Assembly: GCA_002245135.1 (NCBI GenBank)
Contig: NGBS01000872.1
Location: 124,001-188,000 of the forward strand
Source of the DNA: Proteromonas lacertae
Lineage: Eukaryota
Reading direction: 5' to 3'
DNA length: 64,000 bases
Position 1 is the first letter of the stretch. Each line of letters begins with the position of its first letter. Below the pieces are notes generated by a model. The model had not been told where the DNA came from. It did no database searches and saw nothing but the letters and a program-made list of their open reading frames with translations. The position numbers were made by a program, and so were the translations under genes. Shown here piece after piece: positions 41,707 to 52,565 of this stretch.

Positions 41707-42627
41707 TTAAATAATTACTAATATAAACAATACGATCATTACACAAAACATTAAAATAACAGCCCAAATTTGACAACGATCTAAATATCAATAATTAACA
41801 AAGATAAATATAAATATAAATATACTATCTGTTTTTAATATTTTACCTATTCTAGTAGTAGCTGTATCTACACCCCATTGTGCTAATCCTACCTCTCGAT
41901 CAATATCTTCTATCAAATTCCCCTGCTCTTCAATATTATCGTGTATATTATGTGCAATATCATCTATACGAATTAAACTATCATTTAGAACTTCTAAACA
42001 CTGATCTTGTTCTTTAATTTTCAACTAATTATATAGAATGTAATAAAAGAAACAATACTTTTTGCGCTTCTAACATATTGTCAACTGTTTTATCAGAATC
42101 TCCTTGATACTCCTTTGCCTTTCGTTCTAATTTCAATAATTTCTATATTAATTATTTCTTATATTGTATATACATTTTTATTCTGTCTATCAAGCATATT
42201 CCCCGTTTCTGTCATACCAACTCGAATATCCTTTATTCTCTTACGACATTTTCTTATGAATTTTGCTCTTAACTGCATTTCATCTTGAGTTAAATGTTTT
42301 AATTTTGGATCGTTTTGATGACTTTTTGCATATTCTATTGTTTTTGATAATTCACTTAATCCCTTTTCTGTTCGCTGTAGTTCTTTTAACAAAACTATTA
42401 AAAAATATATAAGAAAAATATACATGTTGTGTCTTGTCTAAATTTAGGAAGTATAGCTGATGAACTATAGTCTCCTGATAGTTCTTCCTTCCATTTAACA
42501 AAGACTTCGTTTATTTTAGAGAGTTTACCATCAAGGTCACTATAAACATAAAGATATCGCTTATATACTCTCGAACAGCATAGTATGGATCACCAGAAAA
42601 ATCAACTGTCTTATCTATCCCTGACAT
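41707..42627 (-). CDS. Qc-SNARE, syntaxin 6/Tlg1-like
   Basis: N-terminal DPYYAVR (Stx6 Habc), SNARE motif EQDQCLEVL...EQGNLIEDID, C-terminal TM. Confidence 0.85.
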
Positions 42628-42700
42628 TGTGAAAGAATGAAGAAAAGAAAAATATTCAAGCCTTTCTCAAACATTTATTTTATTTAAATTTAAAATTTGA

Positions 42701-43491
42701 ATGGATCCTAATGAATTGGCAAATGAATTGAAGGATGTATCTGATAAATTAGACATTTGGGTGGAAAATACTTTGACAGCAATACAAACTAAAGTAGAAA
42801 ATCAAGAATGTATGTTGAAAAACTTAGAAGGTATTAATATTTTTCATTTTTATGTACTAATAGACAAAATAAATGAACTAAAAACTAATAAAGAAAATTT
42901 GGCATCTAAAGAAAACAAAATAAAGGAAAGTGACTCAGAAACAGCTCAAAGAGTAGCACAAGTTCGTGCTGAAATACAATCACTTCGAGTATCAGTTTTA
43001 AGAGTATATCTTGTAGTTGAAAAAAGAAGAATTACCAAATCAGTTAAATGGATTAAGAAAAGCACTAAATGACAAAATGACTGAAGTTTTGGAGAATAAA
43101 AAGAGTATTTTAAAATATTTTAATTTTACATCAGATATATCTACAATACACAAAGAAAAATCAGAAAATCTTGATTCTATTTTATCTCAAATAGCATCCT
43201 ACCGTAATCAGTTAGGATTAGATATACAAAAGCCAACAGATGATACAATTAGATTTAGATTTACCTCAATAAACCCAGAAAATGAAGATCAACCTTATTC
43301 AGTCACTTTGAAGTTGTTAAAATCAAATGAATATACTAGTATATTTCTTTATATATTTGTTATATATTATAGTATATGATTGTAAACCGTCGATAGATTC
43401 TATAGGAAGTATTGTGGATGAGTTGAATGCATCTAACGATATATTGAAATTTTTATCAACTGTGAGACTATGTTTTAGAGCAACTATATAA
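42701..43491 (+). CDS. SPC25: Kinetochore Ndc80 complex subunit Spc25
   Basis: Coiled coil followed by YRNQLGLDI...IRFRFTSINP...YSVTL...DELNASNDILKFL. Confidence 0.8.
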
Positions 43492-43680
43492 TACTATCAA
43501 TATATTTATTTTTTGATTATTTTTTGTGAATTTGTTTTATTTTATAAATACTGTTGTTGAATTGTTATTTATCAACATTCATATATTCATAATGTAAATA
43601 ATAATTGAATATGAACAACCAGAGCGGAAGGTTTGACAAACTGTCGTGTTTTTTTATCCTTTATTTTCTTGCGTATAATA

Positions 43681-44789
43681 ATGAATTTAGATATTTTAAA
43701 TGCATCAGTATCATTTATTATGTTATTTAAATAGAATGCACCAGATAATGAAGTTCCAGAGAGAGAATGTAAGATAGTTTGTTTGAATTGTTGTTAGTTT
43801 GGAAAAAATACAATCCATTTAGATATATAAGGTTTTATCGTTTAAGTGCACCAATAATTCCATATAATTTCGAAGAAGATAATAGCATTATCGTTTTAGA
43901 TGATGTGTGTAAGACCTATGTTTCTGAAAAAGGTACAGATTTAAAAATAATCGTTAATGATAAATATTTTAGGTGGTAAAATAGCATTACAAAATGTTTC
44001 TTTTAAAATCAAGAAAGGTGAATTTGTGATTATAATGGGTCATTCAGGTTCTGGTAAATCTACGCTATTAAATATAATTGGTACAATTGATCCGCCAACT
44101 CAAGGTAATGTAATAATTGATTCAATTCCAATAAATCACAAAGTATAAAAACATGTATTTATGTCTTATTAGACTAAAGAATATGTAATGGCAAATATTC
44201 GTAGAGATACAATCGGATTTGTATTTCAAAGTTTTAATTTAATCCCCAAACTAAGTGCAATTGAAAATGTAGAACTTCCAATGTTATTACAAAATAAATT
44301 AAGTCACAGTGATAGAAAAGAAAGAGCAAAACAGTTATTAGATGAAATGAAATTATCTCATCGATATGAACATACACTAGTAGAAATGAGTGGAGGTGAA
44401 CAACAAAGAGTTACAATCGCAAGATCACTAGCTAATAAGTTTATATATTATTATTATTATGAAATAGTCCAAAGATATTATTGTTAGATGAACCAACAGG
44501 TGATTTAGATGAATATTCCACCTATTTAGTAATGCAGAAGTTGATGGAATTGAATAATAATGGACTAACAATAGTAATGGTAACTCATAATGAAACTCTA
44601 CAGAATTTAGCAAATAGATTGATATTTATGAAAGGTGGTAAAATAGATCATGAAAGAATAGTCACTAAAGAAGAAAGAGAAATATATATAAAACATATTG
44701 ATGGATATATGCAACAACATGATGGTTTCTTCCCTGATAATCCAGACGATTTTCAAATACCAACTTCAAGCGAAAATGTTTGTGAATGA
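43681..44789 (+). CDS. Stand-alone ABC ATPase of the LolD/MacB type
   Basis: [55 protein letters not shown]; no TM domain. Confidence 0.88.
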
Positions 44790-44946
44790 TTATTGTGTTT
44801 TTAGATTTTTTTTTCTAATTAACATTCTCCTAATATTAAAATAGTAAATAATTTGTTATAATAATTGTTTGTTTATAAATAACCCTAAAAACAAACATCA
44901 ATATAGATAAATCAATAGTATAACATATAATTCCGATAAATCAAAA

Positions 44947-45013
44947 GAACACACCATCAAATATACATCACCTTCTCAGGTTTACATGTATATCATCATC
45001 AAATGTGTGCTTC
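44947..45013 (-). promoter_or_regulatory. Eukaryotic SECIS element, type II
   Basis: GAAGCACAC-auuug-AUGAU-GAUAUACAU-GU-AAA-CCU-GAGA-AGG-UG-AUGUAUAUU-UGAU-g-GUGUGUUC: lower stem, AUGA/GA core, 9-bp upper stem, AAA 11 nt from the core, apical mini-stem. Confidence 0.9.
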
Positions 45014-45090
45014 CAACCTCTCTCATTACCAGCTATATATGTCATACTAATCGAATATATATATAAGTATTTAATAATAATTATAATAAT

Positions 45091-45784
45091 TTATGATCTT
45101 AACTTCTTCCAAGTCTCTTTAATTGATTTTAACTTAGTAATAATGTTAGCATTCCAGAACACACTGATTCCCAACAATATAAAACCAGCATAAGTAAATA
45201 CAACAGTAAATATCCATCCAACTACACTCAAACAACCATACACTTCTTCATGACATCCAAATCTATATTGGTTAGATCCTTTCATTTCTGGCCACCATTG
45301 GAGATCTTGCATTACATGTCTTACTTGGTCAGATAATACAAGCGGGAATGCGATTAACATACATACTAAAGGTCCCCATACTTGGAATTTACTTCCCTTT
45401 CTTCGTGCCTTTCCTCTCCATACTAAATACAACACCACAAGTAACATTAGTAAAGTGATTGCAAAACTAATGTAATGACCCACTGAACGAGCAAGGTTGG
45501 AAGTGCTTGCTCCTACAATGGAAAATAAAATAGCAGGCCAACATCATCCGCCGATTAAAGCGGGAATACTGAAAACTAATGTAGCTATTGAAACAATTCT
45601 AAGGAGTTATAACTGATTAAAAATACAATGATCTTCTTTCCTCATTTGGGCCTCTCTCTTCGATTACCGGCTTCTTTCCTCATGCTCCTCCTTCACATCC
45701 TGTTGAAGTAGAGGGAGCCACTGAATAGACTTCCTCTTCAACAGGTTCCGGCTCATCGAGCTGGATCATAAACTTATTACTCAT
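45091..45784 (-). CDS. Multi-pass membrane selenoprotein with two in-frame UGA codons (MSP-like), 221 aa
   Basis: ATG 45784, one 28-nt intron (45599-45626), TGA at codon 35 (45680-45682, GCEGGAUG) and codon 71 (45544-45546, LIGGUCWP), continuous frame to TAA 45091, SECIS about 80 nt downstream. Confidence 0.85.
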
Positions 45785-45945
45785 AATTAGTGCTTGCTCT
45801 CTTTCTTTTTAAATAAAAAATAAAATGAATTTGTGTCTCAAGCAATTGACTTGAGTTCAGTTATCATACGAAAATGATTATTGAGAAAAATATCAAGAAA
45901 AAGGAGAAAATCTACATAACATCATTAACGAATATTTACAAATTA

Positions 45946-46813
45946 TTAATGTAGATTCAAATTAGAAAAAAATTCACTTCTAGTTCTTACATCTCTTTTA
46001 AAACATCCTAAAACTGAACTTGTGGTGGTGGTGCTTCCTATATTTATAATTAATCAAGAAAAATAATACCAGGCTTTTCAACTCCTCTCATTGTCATACA
46101 CATGTGACTATATATTTAAATAAATGAATAACAGATATAGCAATACGTAGCTTCAATAACAACACCAACCCCCAAAGGATGAATGGTATTAAATATGCAC
46201 TGAGCAATCTGTCTTGTTAATCTCTCTTGAATTTGTAATCTTCTTGAGTATGTCTCAGATATTCTAGCTAATTTACTAATTCCCAACACTTTTTTATTTG
46301 GAATATATCCTATATGAACTTTCCCAAAGAAAGGAAGGATATGATGTTCACAAAAGCTATATAATGGAACATCTCTAACAATAACCATCTCATCATGATT
46401 TTCATCGAAGATAGCCTCATTTACAACAGTCTATTTAATTATATATTTGTGTTTTTATTTACGCTGATTGATTCTTTGTAACCTTTTGTGCAAAAAAGTA
46501 ATGCTTTTGCCATTCTTTGTGGAGTTTTTATCAATCCATTTCGTTCAGGATTTTCTCCCATCAACTATAAAAGGAAAGAGTATTTTAACTAAAAATACTT
46601 CTATTATCTTTTTAATATGTTTGGACATTTTCTTGACTCGCTTTTCTTCCGATAAATTTGAATATTTGGACTTTAACAATTAAAACAAGAAATATACTAC
46701 AAATTGTTCACTTTCTGATGAATGTTCATCTGTATCTTTTGGTTGGCTATTATTATGTATTTCTAATGTTATTAATACGTTTTATTCTCTGTAGCCTCTG
46801 ATTTCTTTGACAT
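45946..46813 (-). CDS. GCH1: GTP cyclohydrolase I
   Basis: [54 protein letters not shown]. Confidence 0.95.
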
Positions 46814-46915
46814 TTAAAATACAATGTTTGATACAAGTTTGGCTGAAAAATGTCCAATCATAGTAAATGAACCAAACCATGTTCGATAATTTTCAAAAAC
46901 CGCGAAATTAAAATT

Positions 46916-48478
46916 ATGGAGCCAGGTCAATTATTCACTCCAGAACAGATTAATGCACTGGATTACTTTATTAATGAATTAAAGTGTCCATTATGGTAAG
47001 AATAACTGGTTTAATATGTAGTTCTAACATAATGAATGTTCCTAACACACTTCCATGTAGTCATAACTTCTGTCAGTATATCTTAACTCTATTAGTATAA
47101 TTAGAGAGTGTATTTTTACTTATCTATCAAATAATAACGTTTGTCCACAATGTAAGCTTCCTACATATCCTAGAGAAATAAAGCACAATGCAATTCTTGT
47201 ATTAACAGCATGTTAATTGTTTTAGGATAATATAATTCATTCTTTCAAAGATTTATTAGGAGTTTTTGATGATTGGCGAAGTGATATTAAATCAACACCT
47301 GACACTCAAGCTATACAAGAAGTAACACATAGGGCTGATGATCAAATGGAAGAGCTACAAGACGAAGAGAATATAATAGCTTTTTTAAAGAGTATAATCA
47401 ATCATTCTATCTTTTTTTTCTTTTTTGTGAATAGAAAGTTTAGAAACAAGAACACCTTCGACTACTCAAGGAACACCTACACAATCTCCATACAAACCAA
47501 GACATTCAAATCCAACAACACCTAATACAACACATACAGAAGTAACAACTCCATTAGTATATAAAACACCAAAAACTGGTGAAACAACACCATTACCAAG
47601 TTTAATAAGAAGTGCATTGAACAATATACAATCATCTCCACAACAACAACAACAACAACAACAATCACCTCCTCCTCCTCCACAAACACCAGAACAAACA
47701 ATTCAACCACAGAGTATACTTCAACTAATATTAAAATACTTTCAATAATAATTTATATATCTTTTTTTTATTATATATATATTTTTTGTTTTATCTAATC
47801 TTCTATAATCATAATTATAATTCATATATATATATATATAATATTTATAGGAATGTGTATAATGCCGACTGGATTGAATACTCAACAGATCAACTTATTA
47901 AAAAGAGCTGGATATTTATATTCATTTGATATAATCTATTCATTCAACAACAAAGAGAATGAACCAAAAGCCTACACATATAATAACAAATGTAAAACTT
48001 CGTAGATGTTTAAGAACTTATAAATACATGTTAGGAATATCTTTAGGATGTTGGATATTATCATTTCAGTGGATTAAAGATTTGATGAATAAACATATAT
48101 TTCCTAATGAAATATACTATGAAGTTGTTGGTGATCAAACCTCACCAGCATGTCAAGGTCCTTATAAAGCTAGAACTAGAGATAAAGGCATGAAATTATT
48201 CGAAGGTAAAGAGTTTTTTCTGAATGGACCATTCTCTGGATTACCACAACAAGAATTAGAAGTGTTGATTAATTTAAATGGAGGAACATGTTTGAATAAA
48301 CTTAATAATTCTGCATATATTCTGGCTGATCATAAAACATATGTTTCAAAGAAGAAAATGAAGAATACTCTAGTTGATAGTCTGTGGATATTGGCATGTT
48401 TGAGTGCATATGAAATAGTAGATATTGAGTATAATTATTACTATTTTTATTATATGTAGACCATTTTTAATAATTTAG
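46916..48478 (+). CDS. BRCA1/BARD1-like RING + tandem BRCT protein
   Basis: ELKCPLC...LPCSHNFC..CI...CPQCK; BRCT motifs THII...RTYKYMLGISLGCWILSFQWI, LFEGKEFFL, WILACLS. Apparent 1-nt frame break near 47955. Confidence 0.8.
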
Positions 48479-48692
48479 ATTATTTTTAGCTTTTTAACCA
48501 TCTTTTCATTTTAATGTACTTATTTAATTGATTGTGTATATGTTTTTAGGATAAAATAGTAATTTGAACAACAGCAAAATTTGAATTTTTAAACTATCAA
48601 ACATTTCGGCTTGAGTTTATCAGTTTCAAATTTTTAATTTTCTATTTCTTCAAGTATTCATTCATTTTTTATTTTATTAGTATTAAAAAGTA

Positions 48693-50097
48693 ATGGCAGA
48701 ACCAGCAGCAGCAGCTGATCCTATTCCAACTGGAAGCATAAAAAGAATTGATTTAGATATTGTATTTCATATTCAATTGTAATGTAATAGCCACAACCAG
48801 ATAATATGATGGATATTATCATTGAAAAACTCAAAGTATGCTTTTAACTGTTAGTTTTTATAGATTCTTGATTATGAAACAGAATTTTGTGAACCAAACA
48901 ATGTTCCACCATTCAGTCACATATTTTTCTCAATTCCTTTCTCAAATACTTCTGTACAATCACAATACTTTAATCTTACTGTAACTTGGTTAATGCATCT
49001 TTGTAAGCAAGATTTTTCAATTGGCGAATATGATGATCCAGATACAATGTATTTATACTATATAAGTATAATATTCTATGTATAGTGTTTCAAAATTAAT
49101 GCATACTTTAAAACAAATGGATTTCCCAGGCTCCTTCCCAGCTCAAAAGTTAAAGACACCCTATGGCTATCCAATATGTGCAGTATTGGATTTCCTCTGT
49201 GATACAGCATTAACATTAAAGAATTTCAAATTACCCTCCAAATTAGTCATTCAAGATGAAGAAGAAGCTAAAATGGAGACTTTACTCGATGATACTGATG
49301 AGAATGTAGAAATAGCTGATGATTTAGAATATGATGATGCACCATTGTATATACGATAATTATTATTTCTAAATAGTGATGAAAATGAGAGTAAAATGGA
49401 TGATGTAATGAATACAAGTTATATGGAAGAAGTAAAGAGTGATGTAGATCCATTAAAATGGCGACAAGAGTTAGACAGAGTAGCACCTAAACTAAAACCA
49501 GTCCAAACAGCCAGTACTAAAGAATGGAGAACTCATTTAGAACAAATGCAACAACATACTGAAAATATTAAAGGATTATCAAGTTATACTGACACAGTGA
49601 TGAATAAACTATCAGTGGATTTAGAGAGACAATTGGATCAAATATCTCAAAGAGAAAGGACTTTAACTATTCAATTTAGTAATATAGTGAGTCAATATAA
49701 TGATATTCATAAAGAAACAGAAGATAAAATGTCTGAAATATCTCAACTACAAGAAATTATTGGAACTATCAGGAATGATTATGACATTGTAAAAGATAAA
49801 ATAAAGGAACTTAAAGAGATGATGGGAACTAGTAAAACCTCTACTGGTGATACTGGTCCAATTATGAGAATGAAACAAGCAATATCCGCATTGAAGAAAG
49901 AGATTAATGGCTTAAGTGCTCAAATAGGTGTAGTTAGTCATGCTATTACACAGACATACACTGAAGCTCTTGATGCTTATGAAGATGATTATACTTTGAG
50001 TATTGAGGAGGAAGAGACTTTAGATTTTAGTAGGAATGGTAATAATGATTCTGACAGTGATGATGATGATAGTTATATGTATGGTGGAGGCAAGTAA
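48693..50097 (+). CDS. IFT57: Intraflagellar transport protein 57
   Basis: EKLKILDYE, EYDDPDT, KLKTPYGYPICAVLD, WRQELDRVAPKLK, KEWRTHLEQM, DTGPIMRMKQAISALKKEI...IGVV. Confidence 0.9.
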
Positions 50098-50269
50098 ATA
50101 GATTTCTTTAATTTCTAATATTATATTATCTTGATTAATTAAATTATAGTTTTTAAATAACAATTAATATTGTTTTTTATTATGCTGTGTTTTTTAAATA
50201 TTACAAATAAATACAAACAACAAATGAAAAGAATTTGTTATATTTACACAGTTATAATGTATACTATAT

Positions 50270-50838
50270 TCAATGACGTCTTCTATAGTACATATATAAT
50301 AATGAACCAACTAAAGCAGTTCCAAATATCACTATTGCTCTTGAAAAATCTAATTATCATAAAAATCAATAGAATATACTATCATCTGTTGCTTGGATAA
50401 TAGAATTATACAATTGATTTGCTCTTACATTACCAGGATCTTTCGAAAGTAAATATATCGTTGTGTGTCTTGCATCTTTCAATTTACCTAGAGCGAAATA
50501 CCCACATGCTACTTGATATAAACATTCATTCACTTCATATTCTTGCTTAATTAATTCTATTGTAATTTTATGGTTATAAAGAGATACGTTGTAGAAGTGT
50601 CAATCCTTGAAGAATCAATTTATCATCCCCTGAGCAACATAATGCAGATGCATAGTTAAGAGTTACCTATGATTATAACCTTGAATAATGGATACTGCAG
50701 GATCTCTGTCATCTCTTGTTTGTTCATACATCTGTCGAAGTTTCTAGAATATATATTGAATATGCATACATTTAGGATTTTACGAGATACATGACCTTGT
50801 TCATCAAATGACTCAGGGTTACGCCAGCCGTCAATCAT
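50270..50838 (-). CDS. FIS1: Mitochondrial fission protein Fis1
   Basis: TLNYASALCCS...QGLTLL, ECLYQVACGYFALGK...LLSKDPGNVRA, C-terminal TM followed by YRRRH. Confidence 0.8.
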
Positions 50839-51000
50839 TTGAAGATTAAAATAATATATAATAAATAATCAGAATAGAATATTTTAGAAGACAAGTATTA
50901 AGGCTAACAGTTAAAACTAAAAAAACATCAAAAGTGAATTATTGTAACGGGTATATTTTTAGTATTTTGTTTTTTGTTCTATTTCATCAAATATACAGAA

Positions 51001-52451
51001 TTAATCTATAACTATATTATATCAATAATATTATTCACAAACTGAACAATTTCGTTATCATCAACACTTTGTTGCTTTCCTGTAGTTAGATCTTTTATCG
51101 AAATTTTGTTTTCTTTCACTTCATTTTCACCTATCGTTATGCAGAATCTATCTTTATCATTAGCTGCATTCTAGATATATATATAAATAATAAGCAATAC
51201 TTTAAATTTCTTTCCTACTTTACAATGAATTGATCTTAAATTCACAACAATTCCATTCTTAATCAACAACTGAGATAGTTTAAAACATTTCAACCATATA
51301 TCTTTATTCTTCAAATGATCATTATCATTATTAACAATAGGAATAATACTAATTACATTCAAATTTGGTTTATGAAAATTTTCAATCAAAGAACACAATC
51401 TTTCAACTCCACAAGCACATCCTATACATGCAATATTATTGATTTTATTATTATAATGTTGAAATAACTTATCATATCTTCCACCACCAATAACAGCTCC
51501 ATTTTTACTAACATATTCAAACACAGTATCATTATAATAATCTAATCCTCTTACTAACTTTGGATTATAAACAAATGGAATATTTAATTCCTTTAAATAA
51601 TCTAATAGTGTATTTAGTCTTATTTTACTATTTTGAGAGTAATAATCAGATATTAGTGGTGAATTCTGAATATATTCTTGATCTTCCTTATCTTTTGAAT
51701 CTAATATCCTTAATATGTTATTTCTCTTTAATTTATCTTGACTATTATGAGATAATTTCTCTTTATATTGTGTAAAGTATTGATTTAATGATTTTATATA
51801 GTTTTGCATTGTTTCTTCATCTCCTAATGAGTTAATGTTTAATTGAATAATATCATTTACATTTCTACCTTCAAATATTGAATGTAAATAACCTTGGCAG
51901 AATTGTATTATTTCTACATCACTGGATATATCATCATTACCTATATATTCTAATCCACACTGAGTAAACTCTCTATATCTTCCTAATTGAGGTTTTTCAT
52001 GTCTGAAACATAAACCACTGTAGTAATATTTACATGGTAACACAGTGGAAGTTATAGTCGGTAATAATGAACGTACAACAGCTAAAATTATGATAAATAT
52101 TATATTATTCATACAAGCTGTAAATTCTGGTCTTAATGTGTATTGACTTTTGTTTATTTTGAATGAATACATTTCTTTTTGCACAACATCAGATTCACCT
52201 AATCCTTTGAAATATAATTCAGTAGATTCTATTGTTGGTCTACAAATGAAAAGCTAGAATACGTTCTAATTTCTTGAAATCTATATCTTTTTGCAAGCTT
52301 TGTGAAGTTATTAATCAATTGAACCATTAAGAACCACAATATATTTAAAAAATAATAACAAGGATATAAAACGATGTTTTTCACATTCACTCGGCAAATA
52401 ATCATGCATACCTTTAGCAATGGTGCATATTTTTCTACAAAATAGCTTCAT
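51001..52451 (-). CDS. HARS2: Histidyl-tRNA synthetase, organellar/bacterial type
   Basis: KGMHDYLP, EIRTPTIE, LRPEFTA, FRHEKPQLGRYREFTQ, LVRGLDYY, GGGRYD. Confidence 0.9.
52319..52367 (-). other. U12-type AT-AA intron (49 nt) in HisRS
   Basis: 5' ATATCCTT, branch GTTCTTAAT, 7-nt spacer GGTTCAA. Removal gives in-frame KHRF|LINNFTKLAKRYRFQEIRTP; length is not a multiple of 3, so splicing is required. Confidence 0.85.
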
Positions 52452-52565
52452 ACTATTCTTCAATCAACAGTAAATTATAAAAATAACAATTATGCTTGAT
52501 GAAAGCTTGAATCATTTCATTCTTTTTTATTTTTCTCTTAACATAGATTATTTGAATTGATAAAA

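Noticed and set aside
50667..50695. GTATCCAT donor in FIS1 as a GT-AG U12 intron
   Set aside because: About 29 nt with no internal branch motif; fits the ordinary major class.
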